Source: a virus (lineage: Duplodnaviria > Caudoviricetes). Taken from it: a stretch of 64,000 nucleotides of DNA. Shown piece after piece: positions 8,083-17,979 of this stretch. Position 1 is the first letter of the stretch. Each line of letters starts with the position of its first letter. Both the position numbers and the translations under genes were made by a program. Under the pieces are notes generated by a model. The model had not been told where the DNA came from. It saw only the letters and a list, made by a program, of their open reading frames with translations, and searched no databases. The stretch is taken from the IMG/VR virus record IMGVR_UViG_3300017914_001603, positions 1,731-65,730 of that record, one strand, 5' to 3'.

Positions 8083-9423
8083 TTACGCGAGGATGTTGTC
8101 CACGCGGAAGATGCGGTAGTACTGGTTGTCACGTACTGTGTTCGAAAGATCGTCTTGAGGTGTTGAACCAACGAATGGGTTCGCAACCATACCATAACGA
8201 GTCTTAAACCCGATGCGCGGCTGGAAGTCGTTCTCGCCAACAGCACGAACCATCTGTAGTGGTACGTATGGGCAGTAGAAGATACCAGCGTCATATGGGT
8301 TAGTGCCCTTGTAACCGACAGTTACATAGTCACCAGTTGCATATGGATCGATGTATACACGCATACGACCGTTCAATACACCAGCGAAAGTGCTGCCAGT
8401 GTCGTCGACCTGCAAGTTAGTTGACAGTGATGGAGTGTAGTCCAACATGCCTGCAGCAACAAGTGCTGTAGCAACGTCAGATGAACATACCATGAAGTTA
8501 CCCTTACCGCGACGTGTTTGCTTCGCGATTACGTTTGCTTCACGCTCCAACTGTACAACCAGACCCTTGAACTTTTCTACTGACCAACGACCGTCGGCAT
8601 CAGTTGAAAGATCGAAGATACCCTTAGTTTGGATACCGTCTTGAAGTGCGCCAACAATCGCCTGAGAGTTGATTGTACGAACGACTTCACGGTTGATTTC
8701 TGCGAGGATCTCAGTTGACAGGATGTTTGCCAACTCAGTCTCAGCGTCCAGACCGTGGATTGCTTTGAGGTCTTGAGCGAGTTCAAGAGTGTACTCTGCT
8801 TTCAACGCACGTGAACGTGCTGTTACTGTTGCTTTCTCGATAGAGAAACCCATCTCAGCGAACGCAGAACCACCGTCAGTGCCGAGTGCTTCAGCGTCAG
8901 CAGTTGGCATAGCGCCACCGAATGCTGAAGTGTTTGTTTCGTCGGCGATAGATGAATCTACGTCAGTGTCAGTTACACCTTCAAGACCAGATGTACCAGC
9001 ACCTTGAGTTGCAGATGAATCGCCAGAGAAACCAGTGACTGCTTCGTTGAACAATGCTTCGTCACCAGCAGTAGCGCCAGCGCGTGTAGTCTTGTACTTT
9101 GACTTCATTGCAAAGATAAGACCAGTTGGACCAGTCATTGGCTGAACGCCACACAGGTCGTATGCCATCAGGTTAGGCATTGCACGACGTACGAGCGCGA
9201 TCAGTACTGGGTTCCAGTTTGCACCGCCTGGACCACCAGTCACAGATGCGTTAGAGTTTGCAGCAACTTCGTTGAGTTGTGCTTCTTCGCGGAAAGCGAT
9301 TTCTTGGTTCTCAAGAATTGCTGCTGTTACTGCGCGACGGTGAGAATCTTTGATCTCGCCAGCGCTATTTTCGTCGAGAACTGGACTCCACTTCTCAACC
9401 AACTTATCGTAAGATACTGTCAT
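8083..9423 (-). CDS. gp23: Major capsid protein
   Basis: KLVEKWSPVL, AVTAAILENQE, RRAMPNLMAYDLCGVQPMTGPTGLIFAM, ALKAEYTLELAQDLKAIHGLDAE, YCPYVPLQM, FQPRIGFKTRYG. True start is ATG 9423 (SD AGGAG). Confidence 0.98.
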   Translation of the reverse strand: MTVSYDKLVEKWSPVLDENSAGEIKDSHRRAVTAAILENQEIAFREEAQLNEVAANSNASVTGGPGGANWNPVLIALVRRAMPNLMAYDLCGVQPMTGPTGLIFAMKSKYKTTRAGATAGDEALFNEAVTGFSGDSSATQGAGTSGLEGVTDTDVDSSIADETNTSAFGGAMPTADAEALGTDGGSAFAEMGFSIEKATVTARSRALKAEYTLELAQDLKAIHGLDAETELANILSTEILAEINREVVRTINSQAIVGALQDGIQTKGIFDLSTDADGRWSVEKFKGLVVQLEREANVIAKQTRRGKGNFMVCSSDVATALVAAGMLDYTPSLSTNLQVDDTGSTFAGVLNGRMRVYIDPYATGDYVTVGYKGTNPYDAGIFYCPYVPLQMVRAVGENDFQPRIGFKTRYGMVANPFVGSTPQDDLSNTVRDNQYYRIFRVDNILA

Positions 9424-9439
9424 TTTAGATACTCCTAAA

Positions 9440-10492
9440 TTACTTGGATGTTTTCTTGATTGCATTCAGGTACTGAGACATCACTGTATTTGTTTCTTCA
9501 GTCTGCTCAGCTTCCCAATCTTCTTGAATTTCTTCAGTTTGTGCGACTTCTTTCTTGAAGTATGATTCTTTCACAGTGCGAACTTTAGTCGCGAATGATT
9601 CTTCATCTTCAAAGTCAAGTCCTTCTACCAAAGAAGATAGTTTTTCAACTTGTGTTTCAGCGAGATCGCGTGATGCTTCACGAACGATTTGTTGACGCTG
9701 GAACATTTCAAGCGATTCATTAACTTCTAGAACTTCAGCAGTGCGCGCATTGAGTTTCTCTTCGAGATCTTCAACTTGCTCTGCTAGTTCATCAACTAGG
9801 TTTACTTTAGATTCTGGAACTTCGATGTAAGATTCAACGAACAGACCACGCAGATTATCCATAAAGTTTTCTGCGATTTCTGTACGCAAACCATTTTCTA
9901 CAGCGAGTTGGTTCTCAGTCATCCAATTTTCAACGACATAGTTTAGGTAAGAATCAACCTTTTCGACCAAATCAGAACGCGAAGTCTCGAGTTCTTCTTC
10001 TAGTCTTGATTGATATTCATCTTCCAAACGCTCTACTTCTTCAGAAAGTTTGGAACGAATAGCGGTTTCGAAAATTACAGCAGTTTTCGCTTTAAATTCA
10101 TCAGACAAAGTTGCTTCAGACTCAACGAGTGCTTCCAAATCATCAGAGAAGTCATAAGAAGTTTCAGGCAGTTCAACTGCTTCTGTCTCTTCCATATCTT
10201 CTAGATCGAATTCTTCTTTCATCTTCATGTATGCTGCTTTTAACTGGTCTTTTTTCATACCAGACATTTGTGCATACATAGCGTTGATCATGCCTGCCTT
10301 GGTTTTCGGCATCGGATCCTGCTTAGATTGATCACCTTTACGTGAAGGTGCTTTCTTCACAGAATCGTCAGTTTTGTCTACAGACGCAATAGAATCTGCC
10401 TCAGTACCAACTGGCATTTTCTGAGCACTTGCTTCCTCGATTTGATTGTTCTCCTCGACAGGAAGCTCAACATTTGTGTTAATTTCAGACAT
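9440..10492 (-). CDS. gp22: Prohead core scaffold protein
   Basis: Acidic coiled coil with LSDEFKAKTAVIFETAI, KVDSYLNYVVENW, GLRTEIAENF; lies between gp21 and gp23. Confidence 0.93.
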   Translation of the reverse strand: MSEINTNVELPVEENNQIEEASAQKMPVGTEADSIASVDKTDDSVKKAPSRKGDQSKQDPMPKTKAGMINAMYAQMSGMKKDQLKAAYMKMKEEFDLEDMEETEAVELPETSYDFSDDLEALVESEATLSDEFKAKTAVIFETAIRSKLSEEVERLEDEYQSRLEEELETSRSDLVEKVDSYLNYVVENWMTENQLAVENGLRTEIAENFMDNLRGLFVESYIEVPESKVNLVDELAEQVEDLEEKLNARTAEVLEVNESLEMFQRQQIVREASRDLAETQVEKLSSLVEGLDFEDEESFATKVRTVKESYFKKEVAQTEEIQEDWEAEQTEETNTVMSQYLNAIKKTSK

Positions 10493-10497
10493 ATGTT

Positions 10498-11163
10498 TTA
10501 CTCCTTAAAATTAGATTTGAGCAACGAGAGGAAATTCTTGTACTCCCGAACTTGCGTCTCATAGAGATGCTTTTTCGGAGCGGTTTTAATTTCTGTCTCC
10601 ATTTGTTCAATTACTTGAGGTTGAATGACGCCGTTTTGCCATACCCACTCAACACCTTCCATTATGCCGTTGACAAATGCTGCTGGTGCTGATGGATCCT
10701 GTACAATATCTACGGTGTTCAGGATGAAATCATCCTTCACATACATTGTGCCATTCCTCTGCTCAAGACTACCCATACCACGAGTTGACACGCCTAGTTG
10801 AACACCACCTTCCAAGAGACCTTTCACAATTTGACCCATAGGTGTATCCAATATTTGTGCCTTTCCTATCACATCATTGCCTTCAAATTTAAGGTCAGTG
10901 ATGAGATGAGAAACTTTGTCGAGATTCACGGTTGGTCCTTCAGGGTGATTTAACTCACCGACCGCACGCTTCTTACTTACTTGATCCTCGACGTATTTGT
11001 TGACCGCCTTCTCCATAATTGGTTTTGGATAAACGCGACCATTTCTATTCTTTTGTTCGGCTTGTGCAAAGATGCCTTCAATGATGAAGTTCTTTTCGCC
11101 GTTCTCTTTTTTCTCAACGATGCAATGAAGATCGTTTTCTTGGTATTCTGCAATTAGTTTCAT
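10498..11163 (-). CDS. gp21: Prohead protease
   Basis: IEGIFAQAEQKNRNGRVYP, GELNHP, GVSTRGMGS, VDIVQDPSAPAAFV. Confidence 0.97.
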   Translation of the reverse strand: MKLIAEYQENDLHCIVEKKENGEKNFIIEGIFAQAEQKNRNGRVYPKPIMEKAVNKYVEDQVSKKRAVGELNHPEGPTVNLDKVSHLITDLKFEGNDVIGKAQILDTPMGQIVKGLLEGGVQLGVSTRGMGSLEQRNGTMYVKDDFILNTVDIVQDPSAPAAFVNGIMEGVEWVWQNGVIQPQVIEQMETEIKTAPKKHLYETQVREYKNFLSLLKSNFKE

Positions 11164-11375
11164 TTCTTATACTCTTTTGCAAATTCAATTCCGAATTTTT
11201 GCGCAGCGGATTTAGAGGTAAAAGAGTCGAGTTTTTCGTTATCGATATACACAACGAAATTACCCTTCTCTTTATGAATCATGACAGAAACGCCGTTTAC
11301 CTTTTTATCGAACACGTGTTCGCCGGCAGGCATTCCTTTCATCTTTTTTTCTCTAAGATCTTTGAAATTGATCAT
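11160..11375 (-). CDS. Small head-cluster protein (positional gp68 equivalent)
   Basis: 71-aa ORF coupled to gp21 by an ATGA overlap, with a late promoter upstream. Identity is inferred from position only. Confidence 0.6.
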   Translation of the reverse strand: MINFKDLREKKMKGMPAGEHVFDKKVNGVSVMIHKEKGNFVVYIDNEKLDSFTSKSAAQKFGIEFAKEYKK

Positions 11376-11405
11376 TATTATAACCGCTTTACAAACATAT
11401 GGAAT

Positions 11406-11413
11406 TATTTATA
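11406..11413 (-). promoter_or_regulatory. T4-type late promoter
   Basis: Exact TATAAATA upstream of the gp68-like/gp21/gp22/gp23 run. Confidence 0.8.
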
Positions 11414-11442
11414 CGAAAAGATTTTTTAAAGAAATATTACTA

Positions 11443-11790
11443 CTATTCAGCGTTTTCCAAGTCTTCATCTTCGACTTCTAAGTCGAATTCAGCGAGTTCA
11501 TCGTCCAATTCTGCATCGACTTCGTATTCAAAATCGTCTTCTTCTTCAAAGTCTTCTGATTCTTCTTGGTCGAAAATTGTACTTGCAATGCGAACTTTCG
11601 CCTGATCCAAGGTGTCTTGGAGGCGATCGCCGATTAAGTCGTTGAATTGAGTTTCTGCCGTGTTGAAGTCTTCTGCTTCGATTGCCTTTACAAGATCTTC
11701 AACAGGATTGCTTGTTTCGATTGGTGCCGCATCAACCTCAGCGACAACTGGATCTTCGATTGGCATTTCTGCCGTGTATTCTGTATTCAT
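11443..11790 (-). CDS. Acidic prohead core protein (gp67-like)
   Basis: DLVKAIEAEDFNTAETQFNDLIGDRLQDTLDQAKVRIASTIF plus a very acidic tail; start ATG 11790 after SD GGAG. Confidence 0.7.
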   Translation of the reverse strand: MNTEYTAEMPIEDPVVAEVDAAPIETSNPVEDLVKAIEAEDFNTAETQFNDLIGDRLQDTLDQAKVRIASTIFDQEESEDFEEEDDFEYEVDAELDDELAEFDLEVEDEDLENAE

Positions 11791-11825
11791 AATTTTCTCC
11801 AAAATGAAATAATAAAAATCGCATT

Positions 11826-11855
11826 AAAAAGAAAGGGGAGGTAAATCCTCCCCTC
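11826..11855 (-). terminator. Intrinsic terminator closing the three-gene fibre cassette
   Basis: GGGGAGG-ATTTA-CCTCCCC followed by TTTCTTTTT. Confidence 0.8.
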
Positions 11856-11886
11856 CTTTATTATATAGTATAGAAATTAATCTATA

Positions 11887-13455
11887 TTATACACCCATTA
11901 CTGTGACTTTAACGCCAGATAAACTAACGAGTGAAGTCAATGTAAGGTTGTTTGCATCTACTGCGTCAACGTCTACAGAGATCTGTGAACCGTCTGAATC
12001 CATCACATTGATGACGAAACCAGTTGAGTTCGCAAGTGCCAAAGCGTGGTTGACTGTCTGTGGAGTGTTAGCAGTGATTGCAACGCTCTGATCGCTGAAG
12101 AACTTAACATTGTCACGCGACTCAAGGTCTCCTACACGACCTGTGAGGGCAAGGATGTCATCGTCATTACTGTTGATCTCACCGTGGAGTTCATTGATTG
12201 CAGAGACAAGAGTAGATGCAGAAGTATCAAGCGTTTCGCTGAATCCAACGAATGCTTTGATGTCTGAATCAACATCTTGAAGATCAGAGATATCTGAATC
12301 ATGACCATCAAGGCGTTCTTCGATAAGATCCATACGGTCGCTATCAATACCAAACCTTACAGTGAAGTCAGAATCTGCGTTTTGAAGCGCAGCGATGTCT
12401 GAATCGTGACCAGTTAAACGACCTTCAGCGATAACAAAACGACCGTCCGCAGAGTCGAGGCGTCTTTCTGTTTCTGCTACTCTTGCTTCTAACAATCCGA
12501 AGTCTGAGTCCGCAGAATCCATTCTGGCGTCAAAATCAGAATCTGCAGCTTGAAGAGCAGCGATGTCTGAATCATGACCGTCAAGTCGACCTTCAATAAT
12601 TACGAAACGATCATCAGCAGAATCAAGGCGATCGTTGATGTCGCTATCACGGTCACGTGCTTCTTGAATGTCAGAATCAAGACCGTCTAAACGACCTTCA
12701 GCAACATTCATACGACCTTGAAGCGCACCGATATCTGAATCGTTACCTGCTACTCTGTCAGAATCCGCCAACTGTGCAGCGTTTACTTCGTTAATTGCGT
12801 CGATCAGGTTTGTTGCAGTAAGATTGTCTGCAAGACTATTGATCGCACCTGCTGAATCACGACCTACGAATAGTTCGAGGTTGTCGATATCAGTCTTAGC
12901 AGTCGCAACATCAGAAGCAAGCGTAGAACCTGCCAAAGTTGCTGGCGTGATTGCACGTTCTGTATCAAGACCGGAATCAACTTCTTCTTGAGTAGCGAGT
13001 TCGATGATACCAGCAACAGATGATGTTGCATAGTCAACGTTACGCTGAAGTACGGTTGCAGTTGTAGCGCCTGTGAAGAGTACGATGTCACCAACTTCAA
13101 CTTGACCAGAAGGTGAGAAGGTCACACCCGCCATAGACAATGTGCCGGCAGTATCCGCTACATACTGATTACCATTTACCGCTTCAACTGTGTTGTTAGC
13201 AATCGCAGTGTTGTTGATAACGCCACGGAAGACGACGTCACCGGTGATATCAGAAGATACCTGACGGAACTGTGAACCGTCCCAGATCGCCATTTCCGAA
13301 ATGTCTGTGTCATAAATGACCAAACCTTTGTTTCCGCTACCGAGTTGACCAGCAAGAGTCGTTTTCTCAACAGAGGTGACGTTCTTGATTCGAGCGTCTA
13401 ATAACTGACCTACTTTGACGAGGTCAATATTGTGATAAAATTGTTTTGTTGCCAT
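11887..13455 (-). CDS. Segmented coiled-coil fibre protein (fibritin-like architecture), paralogue A
   Basis: Central heptad-like repeats RLDGHDSDIAALQ; ATQEEVDSG...AITPATL fibre motif; homologous along its length to 42348..44045. Confidence 0.75.
   Translation of the reverse strand: MATKQFYHNIDLVKVGQLLDARIKNVTSVEKTTLAGQLGSGNKGLVIYDTDISEMAIWDGSQFRQVSSDITGDVVFRGVINNTAIANNTVEAVNGNQYVADTAGTLSMAGVTFSPSGQVEVGDIVLFTGATTATVLQRNVDYATSSVAGIIELATQEEVDSGLDTERAITPATLAGSTLASDVATAKTDIDNLELFVGRDSAGAINSLADNLTATNLIDAINEVNAAQLADSDRVAGNDSDIGALQGRMNVAEGRLDGLDSDIQEARDRDSDINDRLDSADDRFVIIEGRLDGHDSDIAALQAADSDFDARMDSADSDFGLLEARVAETERRLDSADGRFVIAEGRLTGHDSDIAALQNADSDFTVRFGIDSDRMDLIEERLDGHDSDISDLQDVDSDIKAFVGFSETLDTSASTLVSAINELHGEINSNDDDILALTGRVGDLESRDNVKFFSDQSVAITANTPQTVNHALALANSTGFVINVMDSDGSQISVDVDAVDANNLTLTSLVSLSGVKVTVMGV
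12242..12305. repeat. 64-bp near-identical tract shared by the two fibre paralogues (partner at 42826..42889)
   Basis: 63/64 identical by direct comparison. Confidence 0.93.
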
Positions 13456-13506
13456 TGGAGTTTTCTCCCTATTTCTTATTCGAATAAAAAACTAATTTAT
13501 GTTTTT

Positions 13507-14208
13507 TTATAATGTAACAACATAAAGATCGTGTCCAGTGAGATCTACAATAGAGTCAATGGACAAATCAGAATCACTAACATCAAATATGACACCCACC
13601 TCATTTCCGTTTGGATCCAGAACATAAAAATTGGAGAGTGTATCAATTCCTTCGTGCGAAACCGTGAAAGAAGTTCCGCTCAAACTGTATTTATAAGATG
13701 AGTCAGTTAGACCTATCTCGGTCGCTGATGTTACCCTTCCTTTCTCATCTATCGTTAAAATTGGTATGGAGTCTGAAGAACCATATGTGCCCGAAACCAC
13801 ACCGGTATCTTCTAAAGAGATTACAGTAAACCCGTCCGAATCTCTTAAATCAATTCCTGAACCTTCTGCTAATTGAATTCCAGCAGAATCGTTTCCTCCG
13901 AAAGAAACTGGACTCCAGTTCCCAGAGGCATTTGGCATGTCTCCTGTAGAGGTGTCTCTACTTTCACCAACAAGCAATGAATATTTATAATAAGTGTCAC
14001 TTTGAAACGATCCATATCCTGTTTTAAGATATGCGAGCATTCCTTCTTGAAGTCTTTGACCAGTAATATCTTCCAGACGGTCTGCTGAATCGCCAGAAAC
14101 AAAACGTAATCCACCACGGATTTCCGTGTCCAGAACAATAGGATGTTCTGTGGAAGGGGACCACGTCCCTGGCCATGAGTTTCTAGTGAGACCGTCGTAA
14201 TTTGCCAT
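13507..14208 (-). CDS. Putative virion fibre-associated protein
   Basis: IRGGLRFV...RLQEGMLAYL module and the tail-fibre motif TGVVSGTYGSSDSIPILTIDEKGRVTSA; coupled to the collagen gene. Confidence 0.6.
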   Translation of the reverse strand: MANYDGLTRNSWPGTWSPSTEHPIVLDTEIRGGLRFVSGDSADRLEDITGQRLQEGMLAYLKTGYGSFQSDTYYKYSLLVGESRDTSTGDMPNASGNWSPVSFGGNDSAGIQLAEGSGIDLRDSDGFTVISLEDTGVVSGTYGSSDSIPILTIDEKGRVTSATEIGLTDSSYKYSLSGTSFTVSHEGIDTLSNFYVLDPNGNEVGVIFDVSDSDLSIDSIVDLTGHDLYVVTL

Positions 14209-16265
14209 TACTGGATCCTCACATAAGTATCACCTGGCTGAAGGGTGATACCATATAATGTATATTCTTCGGAAAGGTAGTCAACTGCCGCGCTGTCAGG
14301 TTCAAGATCTACTGTGTACCCTGAAGTGTAATTCACGTCGCTCAATAGTGCCTCGGATGGACCAGTCTGCAAGACAGTAGGTTGCGAGGTAGTGGACCTG
14401 ATACAAAACCAAAAACACTGAGGATCTGCCGCAGAGTTTGTTATCGTCGTCGAAAGATTCTTAGACTGGTTCCCCAGTTCAGTAACTGAAGAACTGAAAT
14501 CGTTTCCGGAAACTATATCAGATAATGTCGGTGGTGTTGCGTTGTCGACAGTAAAGATATAGAATGAAGGATATGTAAAGGATGCTGTGATAACATTATC
14601 GTTATCGCTATCGATAGCAGTGTATGCCGTTCCGGTCACGCCTTCGGGTCTCGAGAAGATTACTTCTAGATCTACCGCCCTTCCGTTATTATTGTTTTTA
14701 TGCAACGGGGTCGCAAAGGTCATTGTTCCACTTCCGGAAGTATTGGACAATGTACCAGCAGTTGGAGAAACAGTTACTGTAGCATTATTATTGTCATTTA
14801 ATCCAGTTATTGAGACATTATAATTTACTGTTGTATAATTTTCAAGGAAATTTTTGCCTGAAAGATTCGCAAAATTAACCGAACCATTAGCATTTTGCCA
14901 ATTGTAATTGATGGTTGGTCTGTTGTCGCCCCAAATCGTACCGTCATCTTCTTCGAACGAAATACGAGCAGACGCCGAACCACCCGAAAGACCAGTTCCA
15001 TTCGAATAGATTTCCGCAGAGTCATTTACAGTAAAGGTTTGTGTCCAATCTACGCCACCTGCTGGCGTTGGTGTAGCACCAGTTGTTGTGTATGCTGAAA
15101 CCGAATCGTGAACACCGGTGGCATTATCAATTAAAGAAACGGCAGAGATGTATCGGTCTGTGAAATCGTCAGGGTTCTCGACCGTGACAGAGAATTGTGA
15201 TGCCGGTTGATCCCAAGCAAGACTTTGACCGGATGCTGCCACAACAGGAGAGAAATTCGCAAGTTCTACTTGTAGTTGATTGTCGACAAAACTTACACTT
15301 CGAATAGTATACTCTGCTGAATCCTCGAAGAAAGAAGATGTTGTCCTAAACTGATCGTCGTCCCCGCTAGTGACCCATCCGAAGTAAGGGTGCTCTGCGC
15401 CGCTTCCTGTTCCAGCCCCAACACCCAACCTATCAAGGGCATCCGACAATGACTCAACTTTGAATTTACGATCTTCTTTGTTGAAGATCAGAATAGAGTC
15501 GCTGTCTAATTCGTTATTCTTTATCGACTTATATTCAACATCTCGATTATCGAGTAACTGATACGAACCGCCACCAGAAGTAGAAGTGACAACGCCATTA
15601 GAGAGGGTTGTTAGTTTTTGCTGTAGTCTTTGATTCGCGAGTTTTTCAAACTCTGATACTTTCTTATTGAATTGCCCGACAAGTTCTTGGAACTTTGGTT
15701 CGTAATCTGGAGCGGGCGCGCCGTCTTCACCCTTTAGACCTTGTTCGCCTTGTGGACCAATTGGACCAACTGGACCAATGTCGCCCCTTTCACCACGGTC
15801 TCCCTTTGGTCCTCTTGGACCAATATCTCCTTGCTCGCCCTTTGGACCTTGTAATCCAGGATATCCACGCTCGCCTTTTAAACCTTGTGGGCCAATCTGT
15901 CCACGTGGACCAATCTCGCCCTGTAAACCTCTCGGTCCAGCAACACCTTGAATACCTTGTGGACCAATTGGACCAATGTCACCTTTTACACCCTTGTCGC
16001 CTTTTAGACCCCTTTCGCCGCGATCGCCGCGCTCGCCTTTGATGCCTCGATCACCCTTGAATCCCTGTAAACCACGTGCACCTGTTTCGCCACGTGCTCC
16101 CTGTGGACCACGTGCTCCGCGAATATCATCTGTAATAAAATCTGAGACCCGCTCATTGAGTCTGGTCTCAATTTCTTCTTTGAGACGGTTTTCCTGCTTC
16201 TTTAATTGCTCATTGGTGTAAGCAATGTTGAAGGCATGGACGACCGCTGGGTCAATTTTAGACAT
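14208..16265 (-). CDS. Collagen-like fibre protein
   Basis: 45 uninterrupted Gly-X-Y triplets (about 15714..16118) flanked by coiled coils, then a beta-rich C-terminal half. Confidence 0.88.
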   Translation of the reverse strand: MSKIDPAVVHAFNIAYTNEQLKKQENRLKEEIETRLNERVSDFITDDIRGARGPQGARGETGARGLQGFKGDRGIKGERGDRGERGLKGDKGVKGDIGPIGPQGIQGVAGPRGLQGEIGPRGQIGPQGLKGERGYPGLQGPKGEQGDIGPRGPKGDRGERGDIGPVGPIGPQGEQGLKGEDGAPAPDYEPKFQELVGQFNKKVSEFEKLANQRLQQKLTTLSNGVVTSTSGGGSYQLLDNRDVEYKSIKNNELDSDSILIFNKEDRKFKVESLSDALDRLGVGAGTGSGAEHPYFGWVTSGDDDQFRTTSSFFEDSAEYTIRSVSFVDNQLQVELANFSPVVAASGQSLAWDQPASQFSVTVENPDDFTDRYISAVSLIDNATGVHDSVSAYTTTGATPTPAGGVDWTQTFTVNDSAEIYSNGTGLSGGSASARISFEEDDGTIWGDNRPTINYNWQNANGSVNFANLSGKNFLENYTTVNYNVSITGLNDNNNATVTVSPTAGTLSNTSGSGTMTFATPLHKNNNNGRAVDLEVIFSRPEGVTGTAYTAIDSDNDNVITASFTYPSFYIFTVDNATPPTLSDIVSGNDFSSSVTELGNQSKNLSTTITNSAADPQCFWFCIRSTTSQPTVLQTGPSEALLSDVNYTSGYTVDLEPDSAAVDYLSEEYTLYGITLQPGDTYVRIQ

Positions 16266-16269
16266 TTAA

Positions 16270-17979
16270 TCACTCTTCGTCTACCAATTTATTCATATAT
16301 CGAGTCATTGTCTCGATCAGTTCATCTTCTTGTGTTGGTATATAACGCTCCGGTTGCGAATCTATTTCTTCGTAAGTAAAATCAAGAGCGGTATCCGAAT
16401 TCCCATCTTTATATAAAAAATGCTCTTCCTGTTGTTGTGGTTCTTGTTGATCGTTTGGTGCTTCTTCAGGTTCATCTGGATCTTCTATTTCGCCAGATTC
16501 AATTTCCCCTTTAATTTCCTTCTCCATTTCTTGAATATCGTCATCTGAAAGTCTCAGCACATTACGCTGTACCCATTCTTTCGAGAAGTATTCGCCAGTA
16601 AACTGAGTAATTTCATTCATCAGTCCAAGTCGCTCTCTTAGAATTTCTGCTTCTTTCAGTTCTGTGAAGTAATTGTCTCTGACGAAGTCGACATGTATCT
16701 CACCCTTCCATTGCTCCCAATCTTGCTCGGTGATAATTTGCTTGAGCAAAAGTTGCTTGCGGAGAATGCCTAGGAACATCCAAGAAAAACGACGTCGAAG
16801 TCTATCGATAAACTTCTGGAACTTAACTTCGTCGCGTGAAATTTCTGTTGATCTTCCGAGAGAAAATTGTGCTTCTTGCTCTAGACGGTTGACTGGAACA
16901 TTCAAAGAGCGATATAATCTCTTCTGAAAGTAAATGATGTCATCAATCTGTCCGAGATTTTCGCCACCTGGAAGTGTGGTGATCTCAGTTCCTCGTCCGT
17001 TTTCACGACGAGGCAACCAGAAATCTTCGAGCATTGACATGTGCTTTCGATCGTCTTTGATCTGACCGGTGTTCGCATCGTACACCAGTTTGTTACGATA
17101 CTTGGTCATAATATCTTTCATATACTGGTCTGCCTTACCGCGTGGTAAGTTACCAACATCAATATAGAAGATACGTCTTTCAGGTGCGCGTGCTAGACGA
17201 TAGATGACTAGTGAGTCTTCCATCATTCGTAACTGATTGATTGGTTTGAGTGCTTTATGAAGATGTGAGAGAATCTTCTTTCTTGATTCGTCTAACACGC
17301 CAGAAGTAATATAACTGATCGCATCTGTCGAGATGCGAACTGCTGAACCAGCAGATCCTGGCTTCTCTTCATAAACATAATATTCTTCGATAGAATCCAC
17401 AACCTTGACCCCAGTCTTTGGATCTTTTTTGTGCTTTACTTCTTTTACTTTGCGGATTCTTGCTGCATCGATATGTCGGATCTCTTGGATCCCTGCCTTC
17501 ATATTCGACTCGTTTACGAGAAGGTGGTGGACGACTCTTCCGTCTACATACCAACCTCGGAAGATATCGTGACCGATCTCATTAAAACTGAGCATGTTGA
17601 CAATATTTGAAAATTCTTCGCGAATTTGATCTTTAATTTTATCGGGTGCTTCTATGCCATCAGTCGATAATTCAACTGATGAAGATAATTCGGATGCAGA
17701 AATCGCCTCGTTGACGATCTCATCGATTGCCATGTCGACTTCGGGGTGCATTGCAACACCACGGTAACGCATGATCAACTGTTGATTGTCTTTTGCTTGC
17801 TCGCCTTCTTGGTTGACATACTGACCGTAATACCCAGCACCGCTTGATATATATCCTGATCCATCCGGATCGGTCGGAACGACTGGGGAAGGGAGTTGTT
17901 GTTTGCCTGAATTCTTGGACTTGTTCGCCCTTTTTACTTCAAATCCAAAAATACTAAATGAATTGTTTTCTTCTGCCAT
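16270..17979 (-). CDS. gp20: Portal vertex protein
   Basis: HPEVDMAIDEIVNEAI, HKALKPINQLRMMEDSLVIYRLARAPERRIFYIDVGNLP, EDFWLPRRENGRGTEITTLPGG. Start likely ATG 17979. Confidence 0.98.
   Translation of the reverse strand: MAEENNSFSIFGFEVKRANKSKNSGKQQLPSPVVPTDPDGSGYISSGAGYYGQYVNQEGEQAKDNQQLIMRYRGVAMHPEVDMAIDEIVNEAISASELSSSVELSTDGIEAPDKIKDQIREEFSNIVNMLSFNEIGHDIFRGWYVDGRVVHHLLVNESNMKAGIQEIRHIDAARIRKVKEVKHKKDPKTGVKVVDSIEEYYVYEEKPGSAGSAVRISTDAISYITSGVLDESRKKILSHLHKALKPINQLRMMEDSLVIYRLARAPERRIFYIDVGNLPRGKADQYMKDIMTKYRNKLVYDANTGQIKDDRKHMSMLEDFWLPRRENGRGTEITTLPGGENLGQIDDIIYFQKRLYRSLNVPVNRLEQEAQFSLGRSTEISRDEVKFQKFIDRLRRRFSWMFLGILRKQLLLKQIITEQDWEQWKGEIHVDFVRDNYFTELKEAEILRERLGLMNEITQFTGEYFSKEWVQRNVLRLSDDDIQEMEKEIKGEIESGEIEDPDEPEEAPNDQQEPQQQEEHFLYKDGNSDTALDFTYEEIDSQPERYIPTQEDELIETMTRYMNKLVDEE

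Noticed and set aside
8083-9465. ORF-track start of gp23 at 9465, and similarly extended starts for gp13, gp16, gp20 and the gp67-like gene
   Set aside because: Upstream extensions overlap neighbours or lack an SD; downstream starts have an SD and match family N-termini.
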